64,000 nt of DNA from Myxococcota bacterium (GTDB taxonomy: Bacteria; Myxococcota_A; UBA796; SXON01): NCBI GenBank assembly GCA_040386535.1, contig JAZKFH010000011.1, forward strand, positions 64,001-128,000, given 5' to 3'. The position numbers and the translations under genes were made by a program. Under the pieces are notes generated by a model, which ran no database searches, had not been told where the DNA came from, and saw only the letters and a list, made by a program, of their open reading frames with translations. This document shows, in pieces, positions 25,571 to 38,567 of the stretch. Each line of letters starts with the position of its first letter. Position 1 is the first letter of the stretch.

Positions 25571-26909
25571 GCGGCGCCTCCTCGTCGACGCGGCGTGACC
25601 GCGGCGCGGCCACCTTCGGCGATCCACCGAATTGGTGGCACCTGGGGTGCGCGAAGGCGGCCGCCGCCGCGCGTACCGCTCGGGCCGCCGCCCCGTGGAC
25701 GAAGTCGGGGCACTTGGATCTGACCGTACCAATCAGACAACCGACCTTTCACGGCGATAAAGCTGGCCGGCGCCGCTAAAACACCGCGTGGGCGTCGTCA
25801 GGTAGACGTACGCCCGCTTTCTCGACACGCGGCGTGGGCATGCGTCCCCACCGCCGCTGACACGAGCCTGGCGTCCCTCCTCGCGGTCGCGAAGCCGCGA
25901 GTCGGCTTGCCAACGTCACGGCGAGGTAAATCGTTTGCCGCGTTCCGCCCCGCTCGACCCCGAGGGCGACGGGGAGATCACGCCCAGCGGCGCCCACTCG
26001 CGGAGCGCCCGCCCCGACTTTGTCTGGAGCCCGAGATGACGCGGCTGCAGGGTGGCACCCGGGACGGAGCCCAACAAAGGGTCGCGTCCAGCCGATCCTA
26101 CTTGCCCTTGACGGGTCCAGATCACGGCGGCGTCCGCTGGCTCCATTGGCGAACGTTCCCCCTCCGGTGACGCCGAGCGGCCAACATCCGAAATGATCCC
26201 GCCTCCGTGCCACGCGGCCAACATCCGCGATCATCCGGAATGATCCCGCCTCCGTGACCGCCACGCGGCCAATGCTGGCATCGTCCGAGTTGGTAGCGGT
26301 GCAGCCGGGCTGCGCGAAGCCGCGGCGGCCGCGCGATCCGCGTCCCGCGCGGGCGGTCGCCTTGGGGCCCGCTCCTCAATGACGTCCGCATTCGGCCGCC
26401 CCTGGGCTCGCGTCCGCGGCGTCGCTCGTCGGTCACATGCCTACGGGCATGCTCCCTCCTCGCTCCTTGCGTCCGCGGCCCAGGCTCGCCCTCGGTGCTG
26501 GACATTATTTCCGGGCGGACCCTTGGCGCCCGCCACTCTGTGAGGACCAGTGACCTCGGCATGCACACGTCCCCGGCGCGCGCAGGAAGAGGTACCCACG
26601 CAACCGCCCACCGGGCGCGGGCGGCGCCGCTCGGGGCGCCGGGGCACCGCGCCCAGCGCCGGTCGCCCAAACGCCCCCCTCCAGCCCCCCTTGCGCGGGG
26701 ACGTGGTCCGCGCGACACGACCGCCCCGCGCCCTGCCCGCACGCTGAAATCGCCCGCCGCCCGAACTCCACCCAGGTGTAGCCCCGGCGCCCGGGGTGGC
26801 GCTCCACGGGCTGGCTCGTCGTCATCCAGTCTATTACCCTTGCCGACCCTGCCTCGGGAAGCTCCGATTGATCAAGCTCTTCGCGCGTGGGCATCCGCGG
26901 CACGCAATC

Positions 26910-27584
26910 ATGACACGCCGCGCGGAGCCAACGGATCGCCCGTTCGGGTGGGTGGGCGTGGGTGTGGTCCTCCTCGTCGTCATCCTCGTTCCGTTCGTCG
27001 TGCTTGCAGAGCCGCTCGACTCCTACGTACGCGAGCTGCTGGCCGTCTCTCGCGGGAGCTGGCCCACCGCCGTGATTCTGGGCGGGCTGCTCGCCGGCGA
27101 CATCTTCCTCCCCATTCCCTCCTCCATCGTGAGCGTAGCCGCGGGGCACGAGCTCGGGCTCGAACGCGGGGCACTCACCATCTGGATCGGGGCGACGGCT
27201 GGCAACCTCGCCGGCTACCTGCTCGCGCGCGCCGTCGGTCCCGGGAGCCTGTCACGCATCGTCGGCCCGAAGCAGGCACGACGGGCGGGCGATCTCGCTG
27301 GCGTGGGGCGCGGGTCCGTCTTGGTCGTGGCCGTCACGCGCGCTGTCCCCGTCCTCGGGGAGGCGACGGTGCTCCTGGCCGGAGCCACACGGATGCCCTT
27401 CCCTCGGTTCCTCGCGGCCGCGGCGGCAGGCAACCTGACCGTCGCCATCGGCTACGCGTGCATCGGCGCGTGGGCGGCGGCGCGAGAAGCTCCCTGGCTT
27501 GCGCTTGGTGCAGGGCTGGCGCTGCCGGCCGTCGCGGGCCTCACATTCCGTGCCCTCCGCCGCTGGACACCGCGCGAGCCGTGA
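26910..27584 (+). CDS. DedA/TVP38 (VTT domain) membrane protein
   Basis: DIFLPIPSS...G...GALTIWIGATAG...GYLLAR...RAVPVLGE...AGATRMPF.RF. Confidence 0.88.
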   Translation: MTRRAEPTDRPFGWVGVGVVLLVVILVPFVVLAEPLDSYVRELLAVSRGSWPTAVILGGLLAGDIFLPIPSSIVSVAAGHELGLERGALTIWIGATAGNLAGYLLARAVGPGSLSRIVGPKQARRAGDLAGVGRGSVLVVAVTRAVPVLGEATVLLAGATRMPFPRFLAAAAAGNLTVAIGYACIGAWAAAREAPWLALGAGLALPAVAGLTFRALRRWTPREP

Positions 27585-28577
27585 TCAGGCCTCGCGCTCG
27601 TAGGCCGGCACGTAGCAGAAGGTGGGCCCGGGGTACTCGGTCGTGTCGGTCGGCCCGGACGCCACCGGCCCGCTGCGACGAAGCTCGGCGGCGCGGCGCT
27701 CCATCGCCAGCATCGCGGGCCCGGCCGAGGCGTAGAGGTTGGGCGCCTCCATCCGGAACGCGGCGGACAGTCCGTCGACCAGCTCGCTGTAGGCGGAGTT
27801 GAAGGCGTGGTTCAGTCGGAGCTGATCGCTCGAGTAGCGGTGGAGCTGGAGGCTGGGATCCGTGACGAGGCACGCGGTGTCGGGGGGATGGGACGCAACG
27901 ACGCGGCGGAGCTCGGAGAAGCGCTCCAGGTGGGAGGGCTCCGTCGGCGGCGGGCCCCCTTCCAACACGGTGGCGTCGCCCTGGACCACGATCTCGTCGA
28001 TCATCGCCTCGGCCTGGGCCCGCCGTTCGGCGTGGGTGAGCGCGGTCACCGCGATCAGCTTGCCACCCGACTGGGGCTTCCCCATGACCAGCTGCCTGCG
28101 GGGCTTGATCCCATCCTCCGGCACGTTGCCGAGCGCATCGCGGATCGCCCCGTAGAACTGGGAGATCGAGGCGGGACCGCCCCGGAGGTGGCTGTGGAGC
28201 CGACGTGGCACCTCCTCTCGGGTGGGGGCACGCGCCTCGATCCGGATGAACAAGTCCAGGGCGGGGATGGACCAAGGCAGCAGCCGAAGCACCAGGGTCC
28301 CATCATCGAGGTTCCCTGGGGCCGGCGCGGGGTAGCGGGGCGCCACGTCCGGGCCGAACCGAGGCTCGCCGCCGAGCGCGTTCAGCAGGTTGCACGCCAT
28401 GCCCAGGTGCAGCATCTCCTCGCCGATCACCCGGCGGATGGCGCGCGCCTCCGGACCGACGGGGTCGACCAGCGACCAGCATGCGTAGAGGTACGGGGGC
28501 AGGGTGGCCCACTCGAGCTCGATGGCTGTCTGCAGGTCCGCGTAGAGCAATTGGGCGTCCGGCACCGGGTCTGTCAT
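27585..28577 (-). CDS. Ferritin-like domain protein of the type found at the C-terminus of VioB/RebD/StaD
   Basis: LQTAIELEWATLPPYLYACWSL...EEMLHLGMACNLLNALGG.P...FIRIE...SISQFY...IDEIVVQGD...SHLERF. Confidence 0.9.
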   Translation of the reverse strand: MTDPVPDAQLLYADLQTAIELEWATLPPYLYACWSLVDPVGPEARAIRRVIGEEMLHLGMACNLLNALGGEPRFGPDVAPRYPAPAPGNLDDGTLVLRLLPWSIPALDLFIRIEARAPTREEVPRRLHSHLRGGPASISQFYGAIRDALGNVPEDGIKPRRQLVMGKPQSGGKLIAVTALTHAERRAQAEAMIDEIVVQGDATVLEGGPPPTEPSHLERFSELRRVVASHPPDTACLVTDPSLQLHRYSSDQLRLNHAFNSAYSELVDGLSAAFRMEAPNLYASAGPAMLAMERRAAELRRSGPVASGPTDTTEYPGPTFCYVPAYEREA

Positions 28578-28697
28578 CCGAACTCCAGGCTTGTTGGTTC
28601 GAGGGCCGCATAGTATCCTCCCCGCAGACCCGCGGAATGTGGGTCAGGACATGTGGTTCACGACCCACATTTCGTGAACCCGGACGGAGCGAGCCCG

Positions 28698-30578
28698 ATG
28701 CGAACACCTGCCTTGCCGCGGATCTTTTTTCGTGGCGTCGTCGAAGCGAATGTGCCGACCGGCAACAACCAATATCCCCCGCCCCTGGTCGACATCCCCG
28801 GCGCGGGCCTCAACCCGGTGGTGCAGGCGGATGACGCGGCGGTCCGGCGCTCGTTGATGAACGCGGACGCGGGCGGCGGCTACGGCCAGGGCGGTTGGAA
28901 CTACTTCGGTGACAACGGCTTCATCTTTCGCGGCACGAAGGTGACCGGGGTCCAGTGGGCGGACGGGGCCGTGGTGCATCACCCGGAGGAGGATGCGCTG
29001 ATCGGCCAGGACGTGGATCTCCTGGGGCACACGAGCCCGACGGCCACCCGGCGGACCGCACCGGTGACGATCGACGTGGACCCCCTGAGTGACTGGGCCT
29101 CGTTCGTGCTGGCCGATGTGTTCCGCATCGGCACCGCCAAGGGAACGGCCCTCGCTGCCAGCGGCTTGAGCATGGGCACCATGCGGTGGGTCAGCATGGC
29201 ACGAAACCTCTACCTCCGCGGGGAAGGGGGGGAAGGCGCCATGATGCAGTTCGTGGCCACCAGGGACGGCGATGGCGGGATCGAGCTGCCCGGCGCGGAC
29301 TCCCCCGTGCTCGCCCAACTCGCGGCTTGCCTGGCGCCCGGCGGGGGGGCCGACGGCGTCTCCATCCTGCTCGCCCTCTACAACTTCAACCTCGAGCTGA
29401 AGTCGGCGTTGGAGCTGCAGACCGCGTTCGCCCAGGGGCGCTACCTCACCAACCCCGCGATGGGCTTCATGGTGGGGACCGTCCAAGCCTGGAGCCGCGA
29501 CCAACCCACCCAGATCCCCCTCGGGCGCTACCTGGGGCCGACCGACCTTGCCCTGGACGCCCGCAAGGGGGCGAAGGCGGTCTTCCCGGGGCCCGCCCTC
29601 GTGCAGCCCGGAACGCGGCCGGGCTTCGTGACGGTCAACCTGATGAACACCGTGCCCGAGGTCGACGCGACACAAACCAAGGTTGACCCCGGCGCCCTGT
29701 TCCTGGAGTGGGTCCCGGACAAGGGGGGGCTCCCCCTCCGCGTCAACCCGGAGCCCCTCCCGACGGACCGCGAGTCCTATCTCGCCACGTCCGGCCTGAT
29801 CGACCTGCCGACACAGCTCGACGTGCGCTGGTCCGAGGGGCGCTTCCGCATCGTGGGGCCGGGCACGTCCCCCTCCTTCGCGCCGAGGGTCCTGCTGGAC
29901 GAACGCGAGCGGATCGTCACCACCGACCAGTGGGCCACCTACCTCGACCACGGGGAGCGCAAGCCAATGGAGCTCCGCGCCTACCGGCGGGGCGCGCCCG
30001 ATGCCCACGCGACCCTGACGGTGCGCCAGTACCGGCTCATCCCCACGAGCTTCCCCACAACGGCCGACCTCGAGCTCTCCGCGTGCCTCGTCGGGCCGGA
30101 CGATCCCACCGTGACCCCCGTGGTGGCCCATCGGACCGAGGTGCGGACGGACGAACGCGGCTGCGCGCGGCTCGAGCTCCGCGGTGACATCCCCGGCACC
30201 TGCCTGCTGCGCTTCTGGGCGGAGGCGGATTCCCCCACTTTCAAATGGGTCCCCGCGCCGATGGACTTCTACGCGAACGTGCGCGTGCTTCCGTTGGACG
30301 ACGAGTTGGCAACCCTGCCCGCCACCTGGGAGAACGTCTACACCAAGGTGCTGCGCTACTACTTCCTGGCCTACCCCGCCATGTCGCAGTACATCCCCTT
30401 CAACCGGGAAGAGAGCGTACGCGCCGCGGCCGGCGCCATCCTGGAGCGGCTCTCGTCGAAGGGCTGGCACCGCACCACCTACATGCCGGTGACCCGCGAG
30501 ATGTCGAGGGGCAAGCGCGAGCTCCTGCGGCGCTGGTGCGAGCTGCAGCTCGCGGACCTGCGGCCCCCCGACCGCTGA
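28698..30578 (+). CDS. VioB/RebD/StaD-like protein, N-terminal and central portion only
   Basis: LPRIFFRG...NVPTGNN at the N-terminus and VRVLP.D...YTKVLRYYFLAYPAMS...YMPVTREMSRGKRELL at the end, recalling VioB PRIHFRG...NAPT and YYELVYPFMS...YMPSTRELS. Confidence 0.75.
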   Translation: MRTPALPRIFFRGVVEANVPTGNNQYPPPLVDIPGAGLNPVVQADDAAVRRSLMNADAGGGYGQGGWNYFGDNGFIFRGTKVTGVQWADGAVVHHPEEDALIGQDVDLLGHTSPTATRRTAPVTIDVDPLSDWASFVLADVFRIGTAKGTALAASGLSMGTMRWVSMARNLYLRGEGGEGAMMQFVATRDGDGGIELPGADSPVLAQLAACLAPGGGADGVSILLALYNFNLELKSALELQTAFAQGRYLTNPAMGFMVGTVQAWSRDQPTQIPLGRYLGPTDLALDARKGAKAVFPGPALVQPGTRPGFVTVNLMNTVPEVDATQTKVDPGALFLEWVPDKGGLPLRVNPEPLPTDRESYLATSGLIDLPTQLDVRWSEGRFRIVGPGTSPSFAPRVLLDERERIVTTDQWATYLDHGERKPMELRAYRRGAPDAHATLTVRQYRLIPTSFPTTADLELSACLVGPDDPTVTPVVAHRTEVRTDERGCARLELRGDIPGTCLLRFWAEADSPTFKWVPAPMDFYANVRVLPLDDELATLPATWENVYTKVLRYYFLAYPAMSQYIPFNREESVRAAAGAILERLSSKGWHRTTYMPVTREMSRGKRELLRRWCELQLADLRPPDR

Positions 30579-30605
30579 GGCTGGGCGGGCGTCGCCCCTC
30601 CCCGA

Positions 30606-31193
30606 TCACACCTTCACACCCGCCGGCACCGCCTCCCGCCGCCACGCATCCGCCACCATCGAACGCGTACGCGCAGCGACGTCATTCACGGGCAACCCGT
30701 CCTGGCGGAGCTCCTCCAACACGAGCGCCGGCATGATGCGATCGATGACCATACACATGCGGGCGCAGTCGCGGTAGCCACGGTCCGCCACCTGCGCGGT
30801 GGCGTCGTCGCCGAGGGACGAGGCGGTGGTGTGTAGCATCAGGTAGGCGATGGCACAGTGGCTGAAGAAGGTGTAGTCGTCGCGGATCGACTTGGACGCC
30901 TCCTCCGGCCGCACCGCGTTGATCACGCCGGCGGCCATGCCGGCGACACGGGTGACGGCCTCCTTGACCCGCGCGGTCGCGGTGCCGCCGAGGGTCTTGA
31001 GCCGGGCGTCGAGCGCGGCGTCGTGGCTGTGGAGCACCTGGCTGAACTCCCGCACGGCCTGCAGGGCCTCCGGGTGCCCCTCGTTCTTCAGGTTCGAGAT
31101 CTGCTGGTCGATGACCTGCAGCCCGTGCTTCACGAGGCTCTGCACGTCACTCACGTAGGTCTGGAGCGTATCGGTCCGGGTCGCGGTCGCCAT
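30606..31193 (-). CDS. Ferritin-like four-helix protein (DUF892-like)
   Basis: TLQTYVSD...H.AALDARLKTLGG...SKSIRDDYT...AYLMLHTTA; ATG 31193. Confidence 0.65.
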   Translation of the reverse strand: MATATRTDTLQTYVSDVQSLVKHGLQVIDQQISNLKNEGHPEALQAVREFSQVLHSHDAALDARLKTLGGTATARVKEAVTRVAGMAAGVINAVRPEEASKSIRDDYTFFSHCAIAYLMLHTTASSLGDDATAQVADRGYRDCARMCMVIDRIMPALVLEELRQDGLPVNDVAARTRSMVADAWRREAVPAGVKV

Positions 31194-31305
31194 CGGTTCT
31201 CCTGGGAATGTGTCCGCGCAAACCTGCACACCCCTCTCGCGCGCGTCGAGCCCCGCGGTCGTTGCCCCGCACCCTCCGCCCCAACCGGCTAGCTTCCCCC
31301 CGCCC

Positions 31306-33960
<2,655 letters not shown>

Positions 33961-33987
33961 CCGCGACCGACCGGCAGGAGCGCCCGC

Positions 33988-34989
33988 ATGTACGACCAAT
34001 ACCCACCCTACGTCCCCGTCGCCCAGCGCCGCGCCGAGGCCGCCCGCCACGCCCAGGCGAGCAGCAAGAAGGGCGTCCCGCTCTCGCCCGTCGTCATCAC
34101 CGGGCGTCTCATCGCAACGTCGTTCTGGGGCAAGGCCTGGTGCGCCGCCATGGAGTCCTACGGCGACTACGCCAACCGCCTCCCCCGCGGCCGCACCTAC
34201 GCGCGCAACGGCTCCGTGGTCGACCTGCGCGTCGAGCCGGGCCTCGTGAGCGCCGCCGTGAGCGGCTCCCAACTGTACCGCACGACCGTCAAGGTGACAG
34301 CGCTCGCCCCGGACCGGTGGCGCGCCGTCGTCGATCAGCACGCGGCGCAAGTCTCCTCCCTGGTCGATCTGCTCCAGGGCAAGCTCCCCGCCTCGCTCCT
34401 CGGCGCATTGAGCGACCGCTCCAGCGGCCTGTTCCCCGGCCCGCGTGAGCTCAAGTTCGGCTGTTCGTGCCCCGACGCGGCGTCGATGTGTAAACACGTC
34501 GCGGCCGTGCTCTACGGCGTCGGCGCCCGCCTCGACCACGATCCCGGCCTCTTCTTCCTCCTCCGCGGCGTCGACGCCTCCGACCTCGCCGTGCGCGGCG
34601 CGGCGGTCGGCTTCACGACGGCCACTGGTGACGACGATCTGCTCGGGGCGGACCTCGGGAGCTTGTTCGGGATCGATCTTGGGGGGGAGGCCGCGGCGGT
34701 TCCGGCGCCGGCGGCGGTGGTGCCGGCGGTGGCGCCCAAGTCGGTACTCGAGTCGATCCCGGCGCCTCCCAAGCCGGCGAAGAAGCAAGCGAGCCCCCGC
34801 TCCAAGGCGGTGGAGCGGGCCACGATGTCCACCGCCGATCTCGACCGCATCGGCATCGACACCCGTACGGTCGCGTCCTGGCTCGAGTCGGGCGTGCTGT
34901 TGCCTACGCCCGCGGCGGGCGTCTACATGCCCACCGCCGCGACGGGGGCCCACCTCCGCGCCTACCTCGCGCGTGGCACTCGGCGCTGA
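33988..34989 (+). CDS. SWIM zinc-finger protein
   Basis: FWGKAW...NRLPRGRTYARNGSV...CSCPD...CKHVAAVLY; directly downstream of SNF2. Confidence 0.93.
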   Translation: MYDQYPPYVPVAQRRAEAARHAQASSKKGVPLSPVVITGRLIATSFWGKAWCAAMESYGDYANRLPRGRTYARNGSVVDLRVEPGLVSAAVSGSQLYRTTVKVTALAPDRWRAVVDQHAAQVSSLVDLLQGKLPASLLGALSDRSSGLFPGPRELKFGCSCPDAASMCKHVAAVLYGVGARLDHDPGLFFLLRGVDASDLAVRGAAVGFTTATGDDDLLGADLGSLFGIDLGGEAAAVPAPAAVVPAVAPKSVLESIPAPPKPAKKQASPRSKAVERATMSTADLDRIGIDTRTVASWLESGVLLPTPAAGVYMPTAATGAHLRAYLARGTRR

Positions 34990-35238
34990 TTCTTCTGTCA
35001 GGGACGGGCGCGTCCCCGGCCCGAGCGCCGGGGCCGGGTGCCTGCCGGGGTCGGGCCGGAGGCCCTCCGTCGGCCCGCTGCGCGCGGGCCGGACCGGCGC
35101 GGGCCCGCGCACATCGCCGCGCCTCCGGCCGCGGCGGTGACGTGGCCCGCGCCGCCCTCTGGCCCCCTCGCGCGCAACCACCCCGAGCCTGACCATCCGG
35201 TGCGCGCGGGTCGTGCCCTGATGTGCGACGCTCCCCGG

Positions 35239-35727
35239 ATGTTCCCGTTGCTCGTTGCTGCCGCCGAAGCGTCCCGCGGCCTTACGGACCTGTGCGGTGC
35301 CGATCTCGTGGTCGTTGCCACGGTGGAGTCCCTCACCTCCGAGCGCCGCCCGAACGGCTACTTCGGCACCCTGGCCACGCTCTACGTCGACCGGATGATC
35401 GTCGGCGCCCCCGTAGCCGTGGTGCAGACGCGCTACCGGGGCGGCACCATGGACGGCGTTTCCTCCTCGGCATCGGGGGAGCCCGTTCTCCGTCATGGCG
35501 CGCGCTACCTCCTCGTGTTCCGGAATCGCCCGGATCGCCCGTTGCCGTCGCTCGCCTCCTGGAACGAGGCCCCGATGGACATCGAGCTGCCCGACGCTGG
35601 CACCCTGCATTTCGGCTGGGACACGATGTGCGCGACGGGCCCGGTGAAATGGGCGTCGATCGATGCCTTGCGCGGCACGCTCGGGGACATGTGGACCGAG
35701 CCCGCGCCCGATCGTCCCCAACCGTAG
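35239..35727 (+). CDS. Hypothetical exported protein
   Basis: ADLVVVATV...GGTMDG...G.P.L..GARYLLVF pattern; the start may instead be 35221. Confidence 0.65.
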   Translation: MFPLLVAAAEASRGLTDLCGADLVVVATVESLTSERRPNGYFGTLATLYVDRMIVGAPVAVVQTRYRGGTMDGVSSSASGEPVLRHGARYLLVFRNRPDRPLPSLASWNEAPMDIELPDAGTLHFGWDTMCATGPVKWASIDALRGTLGDMWTEPAPDRPQP

Positions 35728-35957
35728 CCGCGCCGTTCCCGGAGGGCGGGACCTCCGCGACCGTCCGAGGTCGGGGGGGGATGTGATGCACCTCGATCGG
35801 TCACCCGCCGAACGGTACGAAGGGCTACCTGCTCGACAGGGGAGCGTCGGTGGTCGCGCGGTGCCCCAAGTTTGGCGCGTCCCGCGCGCTGAGCTCGGGG
35901 GGCGGCGTCTCAATGCCGATGCACTTCGCTCGGGAGCGACGGCCCGCCAACCGCAGG

Positions 35958-36340
35958 GTCATGTCCCCATGACTGCACGCGGCACGGAGTCATGCGGGGT
36001 TGAATGCTCGAATCCAGGCGGCAAGCGCTCGCCACAGCGCGAAAAACGCCGCTTCCTCCGTAGAGGGCGCGCGGAGCGAGCCTCGAATTGGGCGTTCACG
36101 GAGGCATGACGCCGATTTAGCGGCGTTGAAGGGGCCATGACCTCGGATCTCGGCGCCCTCGTACTCGAGGGCTGCGGGAAGTGCATAGGCATGGGCGTCT
36201 CATCCGGCGACTTCGGCGCGTCCTGAAGGGGCGCCTGTTCGACAGGAGGTTCGGTGGCCGCGAGGCGGGCCACGCATTGGCTGTTTCCTGCTTCTTCGCA
36301 TGATTCAATCGCCCGAGCAGCCGATCGCCGTCCTCCTGTG
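35958..36340. repeat. Family A copy 2 plus a ~160-bp extension
   Basis: Same 60-bp head and inverted arm as copy 1; 36180-36340 is the reverse complement of ~54052-54214. Confidence 0.9.
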
Positions 36341-36443
36341 AGGTCACCCGAGTCGTGCTCGACCGCGTGGTCGGCTCCGGCCTCTGCGCGCATGGCCCCA
36401 CCGACAGGAACCGATCACGCCCAGGTCGGGGGACGCACACCCA

Positions 36444-36768
36444 CCCTCCCCGCGCAAGGGAGGCTGAAGGGGGGCGCGGGCCGCGCGGTGCCGCACGCTA
36501 CGCCAGGACCAACCGCCCGCGCCCGTCGGCCGGCACGAAGCCGGCCGACTGCGAGCGCTACCGCCATTCCCTCCCGTCGCCCGCTCGTGTCTGCTGGCCG
36601 CGGCCGCGCGGCTTCCTCGGTCACAGGTCTCGACCTGCTCCCTCGTCAGCCGCACAGGCGCGCCTCAGCAGCCACTTCGCGTGCTCGGTCCGGGAATGAC
36701 GGTAGCGCTCGGAGGGCCCCGGCCCGACCCCGAAAGACACCCGCCCCGCGTCCGCGCGGGGTGCGCCC
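36444..36768. repeat. Family B copy (reverse) interrupted by a 160-bp insert with terminal inverted repeats
   Basis: Flanks match 25391-25570. The insert 36552-36711 is bounded by CGAGCGCTACCGCCATTCCC and GGGAATGACGGTAGCGCTCG. Confidence 0.75.
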
Positions 36769-36781
36769 ACTCACTCATACA

Positions 36782-37879
36782 TCACCCCCCCAAGAACCCC
36801 GCCACCCGCCCCTTCGCGTTCTCCCGAATGTTGGCAAAGTAGATCTGGTATTCGATCGGGTGGAAGTTGCCCGCGCCGAGCACGTGGTCGAGCACGCGGC
36901 TCGGCAGGTCGCGCGGCGCCGCGCCGATGTGGCGGATGACCAGCGTGCCGTCGACACACTGCGCGTCCGCGAAGCCGGGGCGCAGCGCGCGGTCGTCCGT
37001 CTCGAGGAACACGGCGCCGAGGTTGGCCGCGGCGGGGGCGGGCGCGCCGTCGGTGCGCCACGTGAGTGGGTTGGTACACACGCGCTCGCGCATGTCCGTG
37101 CGAAACATCTCGAAGTCGCTGGCTTGGAAGCCCTCGCCGCGGGCGTTCCAGGCGATGACACAGTGGGTGTCGGTGGGCGTCTGGCACACGGGGATGTCGG
37201 GCGCGCGCTCACGCAGCCCCTCTAGGGTCACCGGGCCGCCGATCAGCCAGGCGGCCACGAGCTGATCGCGGAGCGGGCTACCGGAGATCACCTCCTCCAG
37301 CAGGCGCTGGGCGAGGGCGGCGCCCTGGCTGTGGGCGGCGAGGATGAACGGCCGATCGGGGCCGCGCCGCGCGTTGAACGCCTCGAACGCGCGCGTGATG
37401 TCCACAAAGGAGAGGTCGCGCGCGCGGTCGCCGTCGTCGGACTGCTTCAAAAATGCGGTGCCGTTCGCCTGCCGGTACCGCGGCGCGTACACCGCACAAC
37501 ATCCGTTGAACGCGGTGGCTTGGATCCCCGTCGCCACCCGATCGGTGGCCTCGTTGAGCGTCGGATCGTCAGTGCCCGCGTTCCACCGGCTCCCGACGTA
37601 CGACGTGGGATGTACGTAGAACACGTCGGCGGGCGCGAGCCGCTGATCGATCGGCGCCTCGCCCGTGGGCGTAGGGTCGCCCGCGTCGTCCCGGTCGGGG
37701 AGGGCGCTCCAGCTCGCCGCCAGGGTGTAGTCGGGCGCGGGGGGCGGCACCTCGGCATCGAAGGCGCCGCCGGGCGTCATCGAGGCGCGGACAAGCGGGC
37801 CGATGTTCAGCGCCACCATTCCGACGAGCCCGAGCGACACTCCCAACGCAACGAGCGCGCCGCGCCCGACCCGAGTCAC
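36782..37879 (-). CDS. DUF3089-family alpha/beta hydrolase
   Basis: DVFYVHPT, VYAPRYRQA, RPFILAAHSQG, CTNPLTW; N-terminal membrane anchor. Confidence 0.92.
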   Translation of the reverse strand: MTRVGRGALVALGVSLGLVGMVALNIGPLVRASMTPGGAFDAEVPPPAPDYTLAASWSALPDRDDAGDPTPTGEAPIDQRLAPADVFYVHPTSYVGSRWNAGTDDPTLNEATDRVATGIQATAFNGCCAVYAPRYRQANGTAFLKQSDDGDRARDLSFVDITRAFEAFNARRGPDRPFILAAHSQGAALAQRLLEEVISGSPLRDQLVAAWLIGGPVTLEGLRERAPDIPVCQTPTDTHCVIAWNARGEGFQASDFEMFRTDMRERVCTNPLTWRTDGAPAPAAANLGAVFLETDDRALRPGFADAQCVDGTLVIRHIGAAPRDLPSRVLDHVLGAGNFHPIEYQIYFANIRENAKGRVAGFLGG

Positions 37880-38481
37880 GACGCCACCCCGCCGCGCGGC
37901 ACGAACCCGAACGCCAGCGTGTCACCGATGTCCTGGAGCACCGCGTCGAAGCTGGCGCCATGGCGGAGCTTCCCCGCCCGGTGCAGCCCGATCAGGCCGT
38001 GGGTCGACGCCCAGAGCACGTGGCCGAGGCGCTCGGGGGCGAGGGTGATCAGCCCCTGGTCGAACGCCTCGCGCAGCGGGGCCTCCGCTAGGCTCCGGTA
38101 CCGCGCGCTCGCTTCGTCGTGCGCCGGGCCGCCGCCGTGCGTCTCGAACACCAGGTCGTACAGCGCGGGATGCCCGAGGGCGAAACGCACGTAGGCGCGG
38201 CCGACGCCGCGGAGCCGATCCGCCACGGTCTCGCCGGCGCGGAGCGCGGCCTCGCAGTCGTCCGCGAGCCGATGCAAGGCCGCCACCCGAACCGCGTCGA
38301 TCAGGGCCTCCTTGTCGGCAAAGTAGGTGTACGGCGTCGTCCGGCTGATGCTCGCCTCGACCCCGACCCGACGCAGGGAGCAGGCGTCCCGCCCCTCCGT
38401 GTCCACGAGGCGCAACGCAACCCCCGTGAGCCGCGCGCGCACCTCGTCCGCTTCGTTCTCGGTGATGGCACGGCCGCGCAT
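37876..38481 (-). CDS. TetR/AcrR regulator with a WHG-type C-terminus
   Basis: SLRRVG...TPYTYFADKEAL, YVRFALGHPALYDLVF, WASTHG. Confidence 0.93.
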   Translation of the reverse strand: MRGRAITENEADEVRARLTGVALRLVDTEGRDACSLRRVGVEASISRTTPYTYFADKEALIDAVRVAALHRLADDCEAALRAGETVADRLRGVGRAYVRFALGHPALYDLVFETHGGGPAHDEASARYRSLAEAPLREAFDQGLITLAPERLGHVLWASTHGLIGLHRAGKLRHGASFDAVLQDIGDTLAFGFVPRGGVAS

Positions 38482-38567
38482 GGGTTCTCTCCCACGCGCA
38501 GCCTACCCCGAAGTATTTGACGGCGTCAAGTTGTTCGGGAGGGGCAGCAGACCCCCTCCCGCGGCGC

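Noticed and set aside
27585..30578. Violacein or indolocarbazole biosynthetic cluster
   Set aside because: No VioA/C/D/E, RebO/P/C or StaO/P/C homolog was recognised nearby, so only the VioB-like similarity is claimed.
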